Origin: Magnetococcales bacterium DCbin4
GTDB taxonomy: Bacteria > Pseudomonadota > Magnetococcia > Magnetococcales > UBA8363
Reading direction: 5' to 3'
Assembly: GCA_002753735.1 (NCBI GenBank)
Contig: PEAN01000005.1
Span: 26,651 to 90,650, forward strand
Length of the DNA: 64,000 bases
Shown: in pieces, positions 1 through 9,245 of the stretch
Position numbering within the stretch: position 1 is the first letter of the stretch
How the letters are laid out: each line of letters starts with the position of its first letter
Position numbers and translations under genes: made by a program
The notes under the pieces: model-generated
Told to the model about the DNA's origin: nothing
Databases searched by the model: none
What the model saw: only the letters and a program-made list of their open reading frames with translations

Positions 1-157
1 GTCGCGGGGAAGCGGCGACATGGCAATGGTGACATTCCAGATTGCATTGCAATCCCACATTGACCTGAATCACCTCCAGGGGACCACTGTGCAACTCGGG
101 CTGACCGGTGTAGTGACGAATATTTTTCCTGAAGGTGTCTGATGATTTAATATTCAT
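1..157 (-). CDS. radical SAM protein, N-terminal fragment (ArsS-like radical SAM/Cys-rich family); continues past left edge
   Basis: Own minus-strand translation from ATG 157..155: MNIKSSDTFRKNIRHYTGQPELHSGPLEVIQVNVGLQCNLECHHCHVAASPR. CNLECHHC is a CxxxCxxC radical-SAM cluster motif. It is absent from the ORF track because it runs off the window. The start overlaps the upstream stop by 11 nt. Confidence 0.55.
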   Translation of the reverse strand, partial: MNIKSSDTFRKNIRHYTGQPELHSGPLEVIQVNVGLQCNLECHHCHVAASPR

Positions 158-548
158 TATATTTCAGCGACTTTCCATAAACCTGGTTGGCGGGATATTT
201 TTTTTCATTCAGCGCCATCTTGGCCCAGGCCGCATCCACCGGATCAATATTAAATTTGGAGGCCAACATGGTAAGATAGATCATCACATCCCCGATTTCC
301 TCCGCCAAAGCCTGTTGTTTGTCCAGGGGGATCGCACCACTTCCGGCCGTGTCAACCCACTGAAAGAGTTCCATGATTTCAGCAGCCTCCACACTCAATG
401 CCATGGCAAGATTTTTCGGGGAATGAAATCTGTGCCAATCACGCCGCTGAGCGAAATCGGCCAGGGCCTGTTGCAGCGATGCAATTCCTTTTGCAGGGGG
501 ATCAAGACTCATGCGACGGTACTCGTCAACGGTGGATGGAAGCAACAT
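147..548 (-). CDS. MazG-like nucleotide pyrophosphohydrolase
   Basis: 133-aa ORF. RDWHRFHSPKNLAMALSVEAAEIMELFQW and EEIGDVMIYL resemble small all-alpha MazG/dCTPase-type NTP pyrophosphohydrolases. Alternative start at Met13 (nt 512). Confidence 0.8.
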   Translation of the reverse strand: MLLPSTVDEYRRMSLDPPAKGIASLQQALADFAQRRDWHRFHSPKNLAMALSVEAAEIMELFQWVDTAGSGAIPLDKQQALAEEIGDVMIYLTMLASKFNIDPVDAAWAKMALNEKKYPANQVYGKSLKYNEY

Positions 549-594
549 GGGAATGGATCATCATAATCCTTTCCCTGGTTGGATGTGAACCCAC

Positions 595-780
595 TAATTC
601 TACTTTGTCAGATTCATCATCTGAAAAGGATGGCCGACAATTGACTGATATGTATAAAATTATTAAAAGAATAAAAGGGGTCTGGGGGCAATCCCTCAAA
701 CCCCCAGACCCCTTTTTTTCTTTCAATAATTTTTTGAGTGTCAATAATCCCTGATTGATGAATGTGACAAAGTAGAATTA
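595..780. mobile_element. 186-bp MITE-like non-coding element with 25-bp terminal inverted repeats and a central palindrome
   Basis: Left end 595..619 is TAATTCTACTTTGTCAGATTCATCA. The reverse complement of right end 756..780 is TAATTCTACTTTGTCACATTCATCA (24/25). Centre 677..712 is GGGGTCTGGGGG-caatccctcaaa-CCCCCAGACCCC flanked by an A-run and a T-run. No credible ORF inside. A related half-copy lies at 2795..2878. Confidence 0.6.
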
Positions 781-1054
781 ATGAGGAGTGTTCAAATGGA
801 TCATCGTTCCGAGGTGGATCTACAACGATTTGCCTGCTTTTGCCGCGCCTTTGAAGAGGGTGCGCGAAGTTTTGTCCTTGAAGAGGTATACGATGGTGAT
901 CCGGAGCGGGATTGGATGGATTGGAGTACACGGCAGGGATGGGTTGAATGGCAGGTCCGATCGACCTGTGATCATCAATGCCGTCTGGGAACCCTCACCG
1001 AATTGGGACAGGCAGTCCTCAAGCAGCGCAACACCCTGGTTCGAGCCGATCATC

Positions 1055-2668
1055 ATGACGCATGACACAGACCATCCAGCGACGGAACAACCGGACACCG
1101 GATCCTTCGTGATCAACGCCGGGGATCGGATCTGGCATCAGGTTTTGGCCTTGAATGCAGCGGGACGATTTGCCGAAGCCATGACCTTGATGGACCCCAT
1201 GTTCGCCCCGGGGGTTGATCCGGGATTGACCGCATGGAAACTGCGCGGACAATCGATGCATGGTCTGGGACGATTGGCCGAAGCGGCACGTATTTTTGCC
1301 CTCGTCCTGCAACGAACACCGAATGATGGGGACAGTCATGCACACCTGGCCACGGCCCTCCTGGGACTGAACCGTCTGGATCAGGCGTTGTTGACGGTGA
1401 ATCGAGGATTGCAGCAAACCCCTGGCAACAAGGAATTATTGCGGTTACAGATGGTCCTTTTGTGGCGGATGGGCAGGAAGGATGAGGCGTTGGCGTTGGC
1501 GAATCATCGGGTACGGGATTTTTCCCAGGAGGGTCCCATGTGGCATGAACGCGGCATCTTCCTATTGGAGCAGGGTGCCGACAAGGAGGCCCTGGCCGAT
1601 TTTGAGATGGCCTGTTCCCTCATGCCCAACGATGCCCGGGTTCACAACAACCGCGCAACAGCGCTTTGGCGCCTGGGACAATACAGAGCAAGCCTGGCTG
1701 CCGTTGAACGTGCGGTCGCACTGGATCCCAATCATGCCAGCGCACAACATCATCGGGCATTGTTGTTGTTGTTTCTGGGCGATTACGCATCGGGCTTTCC
1801 CGCCTATGAATGGCGTTGGCGTGATCCGGCCCATCTGGCACGGCAACCCTCATTGACCTCCTCCCCGTGGCGGGGGGAACTCATGCGGGATGCAACCTTG
1901 TTGATCTATCCGGAACAAGGGTTTGGCGATACGATTCAGTTCATCCGTTTTCTGCCAAAGGTCGCCCAACGGGTGGGAAAGATCATTTTCTCATGTTCAG
2001 GTCCCCTGGCGCCATTGCTGCGGCAGGCCCCCGGAATCGATCTCCTGTGGGACGGAGAACCACCGTCACCTGTGTTTCAAGTCCATGCACCATTGATGTC
2101 CCTGCCCGCCCTGTTGCAACAGACCCGCGACCAGATTCCCGGGGTATCCGGTTATCTCCCTGAGTTTTCCTGGGTAAAACCATCCCGGAATCGATCTTCC
2201 CCCCTCCCTTTGCGGATCGGATTGGTATGGCGGGGACGGGCGACGCATCGCAACGACCACAACCGCAGCCTGGATCTTGCCTGGTTCGACCCTTTGTTGG
2301 ACCTCGATTTCCTGACCTGGGTCTCGCTGCAGGAGGGCGCGGAAAAGGTATTAATGGAACATCCACATTGGCGGGATCGGATGGCATGTCCCAATCTTGC
2401 CGATTTTGCCGTGACGGCACGGATCATTCAAACGTTGGACCTGGTGATTGCCGTCGATACCGCGGTGGCACACCTGGCGGGCGCCTTGGGATGTCCGGTC
2501 TGGGTTTTGCTGCCTTTTGTTCCCGATTGGCGTTGGGGGCCGGAAGGGGAATCAACGGTCTGGTATCGATCCATGCGCCTGTTTCGGCAACCCGCTCCTG
2601 GCGATTGGGAACCGGTCAGAAAGCGACTGGTGCAGGCATTGAACCACTTCCATATTCATGATGATTAA
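1055..2668 (+). CDS. TPR-repeat protein with C-terminal glycosyltransferase family 9 (heptosyltransferase-like) domain
   Basis: The frame is open from GTG 788, but the first ATG with a plausible N-terminus is 1055 (MTHDTDHP...). The N-terminal half has TPR-like helices (e.g. ALADFEMACSLMPNDARVHNNRATALWRLGQYRASLAAVERAVALDPNHA). The C-terminal half has LLIYPEQGFGDTIQFIRF and DTAVAHLAGALGCPVWVLLP, typical of GT9-type domains. Start uncertain. Confidence 0.7.
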   Translation: MTHDTDHPATEQPDTGSFVINAGDRIWHQVLALNAAGRFAEAMTLMDPMFAPGVDPGLTAWKLRGQSMHGLGRLAEAARIFALVLQRTPNDGDSHAHLATALLGLNRLDQALLTVNRGLQQTPGNKELLRLQMVLLWRMGRKDEALALANHRVRDFSQEGPMWHERGIFLLEQGADKEALADFEMACSLMPNDARVHNNRATALWRLGQYRASLAAVERAVALDPNHASAQHHRALLLLFLGDYASGFPAYEWRWRDPAHLARQPSLTSSPWRGELMRDATLLIYPEQGFGDTIQFIRFLPKVAQRVGKIIFSCSGPLAPLLRQAPGIDLLWDGEPPSPVFQVHAPLMSLPALLQQTRDQIPGVSGYLPEFSWVKPSRNRSSPLPLRIGLVWRGRATHRNDHNRSLDLAWFDPLLDLDFLTWVSLQEGAEKVLMEHPHWRDRMACPNLADFAVTARIIQTLDLVIAVDTAVAHLAGALGCPVWVLLPFVPDWRWGPEGESTVWYRSMRLFRQPAPGDWEPVRKRLVQALNHFHIHDD

Positions 2669-2705
2669 TTCCATTTCCAAATCAAAATTGCATTAATATT
2701 GGCTT

Positions 2706-2878
2706 GGAAAAACAAAGTCAAAAACTTAGGCATGGAAACCTTTTTATTTTAATTCAAAAACAAAACCAAAACCCTGGGGGCAATCCCTCAAGCCCCCTTT
2801 TTTATTTCAATATTTTTATACATATCAGTCAATTGCCAACCATCCTCCCAAGTCAATGAATGCGACAAAGTAGAATTA
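2706..2878. repeat. composite intergenic repeat: palindromic-element arm fused to an inverted half of the 595..780 MITE
   Basis: 2706..2806 aligns with the spacer plus right arm of the 14997..15157 element (ggcatggaaa...aattcaaaaacaaaa.caa.accctgggggcaatccc). 2795..2878 aligns with the reverse complement of 595..680 (ttttatacatatcagtcaattg...), ending in the TIR-like caatgaatgcgacaaagtagaatta. Confidence 0.55.
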
Positions 2879-2894
2879 ATCAGAATAACGAATA

Positions 2895-5378
2895 TCAACC
2901 GGATGTCGCCACATGATGCAACACATCAAGCAACATTTTTTTTCGCACCGGTTTGGACAGATAAAGGGTGCAACCCGCTTCCTGGCTGCGTTCCTTTTCC
3001 CCCTCCATGGCATGGGCTGAAAGGGCGATGATCGGAACGGGCAAACGCCCCATTGCCTGTTCCCACTTTCGAATCTGACGGGTCGCGCTGTAACCATCCA
3101 ACTTGGGCATTTCGACATCCATGATGATCACGTCAAAGATGTCCTTCTGGAACTCAAGGACCGCTTCCACCCCATTGTTGACCATCTTCAGATGATACGG
3201 AGTCTGTGCAAGATACGCCTCGAACAAGATGAGATTTTCCTCGGTATCTTCCGCCAACAAAATACGCAATGGTTTCACTGCGACATCTTTTTCCAAAACT
3301 GCCGACAGATTCTGGGATGAGGAGGACTGCACAACCTTCATGGGTAACGTGAAGCTGAACACACTCCCCTCACCCGGGCGGCTTGCCACCGTAATCCGGC
3401 CCCCCATCAATTCGACCAGACACCGGGAAATGGCCAGTCCCAAACCGGTTCCCCCATAACGACGGGTGATGCCGGCATCCGCCTGGGTGAAATGTTTGAA
3501 AATATGCTCCGTCATTTCCGGGGCAATGCCAATCCCGGTATCGCTGACCTGGAACAACAGAGTTTCCGGTTCGACGGGATGAACCGACATGTGGACATCG
3601 ACCCGCCCCGCATGGGTGAATTTGATGGCATTGCCGATCAAATTGATCAACACCTGCCGCACCCGTCCATCGTCCCCCAACACGGTATCTGGAACCCCCA
3701 GATCGGTTACAACACCCAAAACAAGCCCTTTTTTGACTGCCGACGTTTGCATCAGCAGCGTGGTTTCCTCGACCATCTGGCGTGGAGAATAAGGCACCTG
3801 GACCAAAGGGAGATTCCCCGCTTCAATACGGGAAAAATCGAGGATATCGTTGATCACCCCCATCAACGTTTTTCCCGAAGATTGCATGGTCTGGGCAAAA
3901 CGGCGTTGTACCGCATCCAGAGGGGTCTCCAGTAACAATTCCGCCATACCCAGCACGACATTCATCGGGGTGCGTATTTCATGGCTCATGGAGGCCAGAA
4001 AACGGCTCTTTTCGTTATTGGCCGTGTCGGCGGCGATAAGGGCACGTTGCAAACGTTCATCCAGTTGCTTGCGCTCAATGATGCCCGCCAGGGTATTGGC
4101 CACGGTATTCAACAGCTCCCCTTCCTCGGGATCTTTGATATGTCCTTTCGGCATGAAGATATTCAAAATACCCAGAAACCGTTCTCGCGCAATGATGGGA
4201 ACACAATATTGACTGTGCGGCGACATCCCTTCGCAATGAGTGGAATGCCGTTCATCGGAAGAATCGGCAAAGACCAACTGCGTCGATGCCATGGCCAAAC
4301 CACACAGGCATTGATGGCTGCCAACCCGGGCACAGGTTTTGAGCAAGGGTTCCTGGATCCCCTTGTGAATTTTCAGCACCAACTCCCTTCGTTCATCGTC
4401 GTACAGAAAAATGGCCCCCTTGTTCAAGGTGACCAGCCAACTCGCCGACAATACAAGATTCAGTGCGATACCGAGTTGCTCATCCAAAGAGTGGGAACAG
4501 GTCACCGATTGTTGCAGCAGGGTGTTGATGAGAATCTGGTTTTGCAGCAGGCGCTGCGTCCGCTGCTCCGCCTTCTTGCGCAGGGTAATGTCCCGGGCGA
4601 CCGCGGAAAAAAATCTTTTCCCGTTGACCGCCCAGGAAGAAAGAGAAATTTCCAGGGGGAATTCCGTACCGTCCTTGCGTCTGGCCAACACCTCCAATAT
4701 TTGCCCGGCCAAAGACATTCTTCCGGTTTTCTTGACCCGGTTCATGGCCGCAAGATGTGCTTCATGATCCCGTTCCGGAATCAACAGCGTCAAGGAACGA
4801 CCGAGAACTTCATCTTCATGGTACCCAAAAATCGTCGTGGCCCCACGGTTCCAAAAGGTCAGGCATCCATCCTCATTCGCGGATAGAATGGCATCACTGG
4901 CCGAATGGGTGATGAAACGAAATTGAAGCTCACTATACAATAATGCTGCTTCAATTTTTTTCTTTCCCTGGATAAGCCGTTGCTTTTCCAGGACGCGTTC
5001 GATCGTATTGCGGAGGAGTGCCAGGTAATTGTTACCCGCCTCCTTGACCACGTAATCGGCAGCCCCCCGATGAATCGCCTCGATGGCGATTTCCAGGCTG
5101 CCGAATCCCGAGACCATGATCGCGGGCAGGGATGGTTTGTCCTCCATGATCCGGTCGAGAACCGCCAGACCATCGAGCTTGGGCATTCGGTAATCAAGCA
5201 CCACGACATCGAAAGGAGTCGTCTTTAATTTTTCCAATCCAACCAACCCATCCGGAGCTATTTCCACATCGTACTCCTGGTGGCTCAGACGGCGTTGCAC
5301 CAGTTGGGCCAGTGCTTCATCATCCTCCATGTACAGGATGCGCGGTTTTGGATTGTCGGCGGAATTTGATAATGTCAT
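2895..5378 (-). CDS. hybrid sensor histidine kinase/response regulator (REC-PAS-GAF-HisKA-HATPase-REC)
   Basis: N-terminal receiver (ILYMEDDEALA...VVVLDYRMPKLDG), PAS and GAF segments, H-box SHEIRTPMN, ATPase boxes (NLIGNAIKFT, DTGIGI, GTGLGLAI), and a C-terminal receiver (ILLAEDTEEN...IIMDVEMPKLDG). Start moved to ATG 5378 (MTLSNSADNPK), which overlaps the upstream stop as ATGA. The ORF-track start at 5480 would overlap the previous gene by about 100 nt. Confidence 0.9.
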   Translation of the reverse strand: MTLSNSADNPKPRILYMEDDEALAQLVQRRLSHQEYDVEIAPDGLVGLEKLKTTPFDVVVLDYRMPKLDGLAVLDRIMEDKPSLPAIMVSGFGSLEIAIEAIHRGAADYVVKEAGNNYLALLRNTIERVLEKQRLIQGKKKIEAALLYSELQFRFITHSASDAILSANEDGCLTFWNRGATTIFGYHEDEVLGRSLTLLIPERDHEAHLAAMNRVKKTGRMSLAGQILEVLARRKDGTEFPLEISLSSWAVNGKRFFSAVARDITLRKKAEQRTQRLLQNQILINTLLQQSVTCSHSLDEQLGIALNLVLSASWLVTLNKGAIFLYDDERRELVLKIHKGIQEPLLKTCARVGSHQCLCGLAMASTQLVFADSSDERHSTHCEGMSPHSQYCVPIIARERFLGILNIFMPKGHIKDPEEGELLNTVANTLAGIIERKQLDERLQRALIAADTANNEKSRFLASMSHEIRTPMNVVLGMAELLLETPLDAVQRRFAQTMQSSGKTLMGVINDILDFSRIEAGNLPLVQVPYSPRQMVEETTLLMQTSAVKKGLVLGVVTDLGVPDTVLGDDGRVRQVLINLIGNAIKFTHAGRVDVHMSVHPVEPETLLFQVSDTGIGIAPEMTEHIFKHFTQADAGITRRYGGTGLGLAISRCLVELMGGRITVASRPGEGSVFSFTLPMKVVQSSSSQNLSAVLEKDVAVKPLRILLAEDTEENLILFEAYLAQTPYHLKMVNNGVEAVLEFQKDIFDVIIMDVEMPKLDGYSATRQIRKWEQAMGRLPVPIIALSAHAMEGEKERSQEAGCTLYLSKPVRKKMLLDVLHHVATSG

Positions 5379-5818
5379 GAGCAGCACGGATAGGACATGA
5401 TATTGATCATCATTCCCATACTTTGGATTGTTTTGGCAAAAGAGATCGGTTCGACCGGTTTGGCAACGAAGTTGTTGCACCCCAATTCATAACAAAGCTG
5501 TACCTCCTGCGGATCATTGGTGGTCGTAAGAATCACCACGGGAATGACGTGACAGAGTTCATCTTTTTTCATTTCCCGAATGACCTGGTATCCATCGACC
5601 TCAGGCATGTTCAGGTCGAGCAGCATCAGAAGGTGGGCGGGGCGTTGATGGTTGGCATAGCGGCCACGGTTGAACAAAAAATCGAGTGCTTGGCGACCAT
5701 TGTCGAGTCGGACCACCTTGTTGATGATCCCCCCCCGGCGCAGGTTGCGCTCGATCAACGCCGCATGGGCATCATCATCTTCCACCATCAGGATGGTAAC
5801 CGGTTGAGCATCCTGCAT
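5375..5818 (-). CDS. single-domain CheY-like response regulator
   Basis: ILMVEDDDAHAALI...LMLLDLNMPEVDG...VVILTTTNDP...NNFVAKP receiver signature. The ATG at 5818 is preceded by GAAGGAGG about 8 nt upstream. The ORF-track start at 5836 is a TTG inside the upstream stop region. Confidence 0.85.
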   Translation of the reverse strand: MQDAQPVTILMVEDDDAHAALIERNLRRGGIINKVVRLDNGRQALDFLFNRGRYANHQRPAHLLMLLDLNMPEVDGYQVIREMKKDELCHVIPVVILTTTNDPQEVQLCYELGCNNFVAKPVEPISFAKTIQSMGMMINIMSYPCCS

Positions 5819-5832
5819 GGAGCGCACCTCCT

Positions 5833-7839
5833 TCAAACAGAACCCGCATCGGATGGGATCGACGGCAAGGTCACCTTGAACACCGTTCCCGATCCCAGAG
5901 TGGATTCACAATCAATATGCCCTTCCAAACGGCGCACCAATGTTCGCACGCAAGCCAATCCAATCCCATCGCCAACCGTATCTTGCCGTCCAACCCTTTG
6001 GAACATTACAAATATTCTTTCAATATCCTCCTGAGCGATTCCCCTGCCATTATCCTTGACCCACAAAGTGACCTGACGTCCATCATCACTTTGTGCTCCA
6101 TAAATTTGAATGACTCCGGGGCGTGTCGGTTCAAGATATTTGATGGCGTTTGACAGCAGATTACCGATGATCTGCTCCATGGCAAAACGATCAGAAATCA
6201 GATGTGGCAGGGGGGCAACCGAAACGGTAATTCCCAATTCCTTGATGGTATAGCCCAATGCTTTGATATTATTTTCTACCAAAGATTGTAAATCAATTCT
6301 TTCAAACTGTAACACCGTTCGTCCCAATCGGGAAAGATTTAAAATGGCATTGGTCAATCCTTCCATCTTATGGGTGGAAGAACGGATGTAGCGCATATCC
6401 CCTGGAATGCGCATTCGCAAGAGATCATTGATTTCATTCACGGTTCCGACATCGGCGTGAACCATCTCGCGGGTGAGGACCTGGTCCAATGCTTCCAGAT
6501 CCATTTGCATCTCCTCCGAAAACCCCTGGATGCTCAGCAGGGGGGAACGCAGATCATGGGAAACAATGTAGGAAAAATTTTTGAGCTCTTCATTGATTTG
6601 GGATAATTCCAGGGTGGTTTGTCTGTGCCGGACCACTTCACACTCAAGCTCATGAAAGGAAGATTGGATCCTGTCGGCCATGAGATCGAACGATCGGCCC
6701 AGGATGCTGAGTTCATCGTTTCCTTGAATCCCGGTACGAACCGTCAGATCATTTCCGGAAAAGCGGGCTGCGGAATTACTGAGCAGATGGAGCACTGCCG
6801 TTTGCCGACGCACCATGTAGGCGTTCAACAGGACCAGCAGACAAAACAGGAGCAGGCAGGATCCGATGATACTGTAGAGTTCCCGCTTCAGGGGGGCGAA
6901 CAGTTCCTGTTCATCCATTTTGACCACCAATCCCATGCCCCACACAGGATTCAACCGCAAATGCCGAAAAGATGCAATCACCGGCTCGCCACGGTAGTCC
7001 AGGGCCGTGTCGATTCCTTCATGACCCGCGGCGGCCAAAACAGCCGGTTTTCCCTTCAGTTGGGAAACCATGGGTCTGGAGACGGTCCCATCGGGAAAAC
7101 GGTGCTTGAGCTTACTGATCAGGACCACGTGATCATCGACCAACAAAACTTCTCCACTGCTGCCCAAACCATCGCCGATACTGTGCAATCGTGCCAACAG
7201 AACCTCGGGATTAACGGCCGCAACCAGGATGGCCACCGCCCGCCCATCCACATCATGCACCGGATGGCCGATGCGAAACATCGGTCCCTGTTTCCCATGT
7301 TGATCATCATGCATACGCACTCGCCCGACATATCCCCGGGGTGAAAGCAACGTATAGTGTAGAAAGCTGTCTTTGACAACATGCCGTTTTACAACACCCG
7401 TACTGGAAAAAACCATCTGTCGCGCAAGATCGACCACCTCCAAAAATTCAAATTCAGGATATTCCCGGGCGATCATTTGCAAATACAAAAACATCCGGTT
7501 GCTTTCCGGGTCTGCAACCGAATGTGACAATCCATCGCGCAACAGAGAAGTCTTGGCGATGATACGAAGATCTCTCTGTTTGTCCGTCAGCCAACTTTCG
7601 ATCCGCTCCTTGTGCAGGGTGGCGATCAGGTCGAGCGTTTTGAACGTTTCAGTGCGCAACTGGTGGATGCGTCCATCGAAATAGGTATACGGTATGCCCC
7701 ATACCATCGCGTAGAAGATCAGACTCAACCCGCCCAAAAACAACAGACTGAACCAGAAAATCAACCGGGATCCCAGATTCCATCCCTGAAAGGTGCGTGC
7801 AAACCGAGGAGTTCCGGTGGCGACATTGCTCGTGTTCAC
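5833..7839 (-). CDS. membrane sensor histidine kinase with periplasmic Cache-like domain and HAMP
   Basis: Two hydrophobic segments (LIFWFSLLFLGGLSLIFYAMVW; IIGSCLLLFCLLVLLNAYMV) bracket a roughly 270-aa extracytoplasmic region. H-box SHDLRSPL. ATPase boxes LLSNAIKY, DNGRGI, GIGLA. The GTG start overlaps the upstream stop (GTGA). Confidence 0.9.
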   Translation of the reverse strand: MNTSNVATGTPRFARTFQGWNLGSRLIFWFSLLFLGGLSLIFYAMVWGIPYTYFDGRIHQLRTETFKTLDLIATLHKERIESWLTDKQRDLRIIAKTSLLRDGLSHSVADPESNRMFLYLQMIAREYPEFEFLEVVDLARQMVFSSTGVVKRHVVKDSFLHYTLLSPRGYVGRVRMHDDQHGKQGPMFRIGHPVHDVDGRAVAILVAAVNPEVLLARLHSIGDGLGSSGEVLLVDDHVVLISKLKHRFPDGTVSRPMVSQLKGKPAVLAAAGHEGIDTALDYRGEPVIASFRHLRLNPVWGMGLVVKMDEQELFAPLKRELYSIIGSCLLLFCLLVLLNAYMVRRQTAVLHLLSNSAARFSGNDLTVRTGIQGNDELSILGRSFDLMADRIQSSFHELECEVVRHRQTTLELSQINEELKNFSYIVSHDLRSPLLSIQGFSEEMQMDLEALDQVLTREMVHADVGTVNEINDLLRMRIPGDMRYIRSSTHKMEGLTNAILNLSRLGRTVLQFERIDLQSLVENNIKALGYTIKELGITVSVAPLPHLISDRFAMEQIIGNLLSNAIKYLEPTRPGVIQIYGAQSDDGRQVTLWVKDNGRGIAQEDIERIFVMFQRVGRQDTVGDGIGLACVRTLVRRLEGHIDCESTLGSGTVFKVTLPSIPSDAGSV

Positions 7840-8954
7840 TTGGTGACTCCACGAACATCGAATTCATTGAGGTGGTATCTGGCAGGGGCGAAAAGGACTT
7901 GTTCCCCCACCTCCCAATGAAAACATTTTTTGATCGATTCCCAGGGAACCGAACGGGGAATCTTGCCAATCGTCCCCAGAAAATGGGACTCACGACCAAT
8001 GTGCCCTTCTTCCGTCAGATCGGTCACGGGGATCACCGGCAAGGTCCACAGGTTATGGATGCCGCTTCGGACCAACTTCATCATCTCCTTTCGGGAAAGA
8101 TCGAAGTCACGCCCCTGGAAATTGCGAATGGCAATCGCCGACCAGGAAACCGCCCGAAAAAAATGAGACTCGGATTGTTCCAACCAGTTGAGTGCGCGAA
8201 ATTCGGCAGCGACCAACTGCGCGACCCATTCGGGATGTCGTTCGGCGAATGATCGGGAAAAATAAAGATAGCCCGAGGACAGAAACTGGTGAATGACCTT
8301 GTGGCCATACACCTGTGCCGCCACGGAGGGGATCGGTTCCCAGGCACTGAACGCATCGATCCTCCCCTGATCCAAGGCCAACGGCATGGCGTCAACCTCC
8401 ATGGGGACCAGGGTCACCTCTGATTCGGTCACACCATTCGCGGACAAGGCGGTCAAAAGTGCATAATGGGCATTGGAACCGAAGGCGTATCCAATCCGTT
8501 GACCGCGCAGATCGGACAATTTCATTAACTCACGGGCGACAATGGCGGTAAAATTCAGATCCATCAAGGAGACGATCCGGATCTGGTCATGGACGCAGGC
8601 AGTAATGGCCGGCATGTCACCGACACCCCCCCCTTCCAGATCACCCTTGTGGAGATAATGATTAATCTCGGCACCCTTGAAAAAGGGATGAAAGCGGACC
8701 GTCGCACCCCTTTGCCGCAGCTCCCGGTGCAGGATGCCATCCCGTTTCATCACCTCCACAATCACGCCGCTGGGAAGCCACAGGGGTTGGATCCCCAGGT
8801 CAATAATGCCTTCGGAGGTTCCAAACTCATATTTAAGGTCAGGATCGGATATTTTTTGGGAATGATCAGAAACGATCTCTTCACGGGCGTAAACCATGCC
8901 GGGAATCGATAACTTGACGGTCACGATTAAGAGATAGATCAAAAACCGCAACAT
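7836..8954 (-). CDS. periplasmic substrate-binding-like protein (NMT1/nitrate-sulfonate-type fold), first gene of the signalling operon
   Basis: 372-aa ORF with an N-terminal hydrophobic signal (MLRFLIYLLIVTVKLSIPGMVYA). The family call is by recall of general SBP-like sequence and its position next to a kinase, so it is weak. Stop overlaps the kinase start by 4 nt. Confidence 0.6.
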   Translation of the reverse strand: MLRFLIYLLIVTVKLSIPGMVYAREEIVSDHSQKISDPDLKYEFGTSEGIIDLGIQPLWLPSGVIVEVMKRDGILHRELRQRGATVRFHPFFKGAEINHYLHKGDLEGGGVGDMPAITACVHDQIRIVSLMDLNFTAIVARELMKLSDLRGQRIGYAFGSNAHYALLTALSANGVTESEVTLVPMEVDAMPLALDQGRIDAFSAWEPIPSVAAQVYGHKVIHQFLSSGYLYFSRSFAERHPEWVAQLVAAEFRALNWLEQSESHFFRAVSWSAIAIRNFQGRDFDLSRKEMMKLVRSGIHNLWTLPVIPVTDLTEEGHIGRESHFLGTIGKIPRSVPWESIKKCFHWEVGEQVLFAPARYHLNEFDVRGVTK

Positions 8955-9140
8955 GCCACTTCATGTTCCCATTCAGGGTCAATGTTACCGTTCAAATCCC
9001 CCTCTTTGTTGGATGTGTCGATCAATGATCAATAGAAAAAAGGGATCTGAGAAATTGCCTCCAGGGTGTTAATTTTGGTTTTACATCTCCCCTCATGGGT
9101 CGGGGAACGAAGCCCTTCAGGGTTTTTTTGAGCTTTCGGG

Positions 9141-9192
9141 AAAAAAGATCAAAACTCCGGGAGCAATCCCCCAGACCTTTTTTCCTTGATCA
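9141..9192. repeat. degenerate solo arm of the palindromic intergenic element
   Basis: aaaaaagatcaaaactccgggagcaatcccccagaccttttttccttgatca matches the consensus ...aaaatcaacaccctgggggcaatcccccagacccc-T-run-cttgatca with several substitutions. Confidence 0.45.
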
Positions 9193-9245
9193 TGAGGCTG
9201 ACACGAGCTGGAAAGCAGGCAGAATCTAAAGGTTACCCCGCCCAC

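Noticed and set aside
398-931. ORFs running through repeat elements (398..754, 526..744, 617..931; likewise 14705..15067, 14922..15221, 21624..21827, 21796..22359).
   Set aside because: They are made largely of translated palindrome and T-run sequence (KKGSGG..., PPDPFFF...). The same peptide strings recur wherever the repeat occurs, on both strands, which is a hallmark of non-coding repeats.
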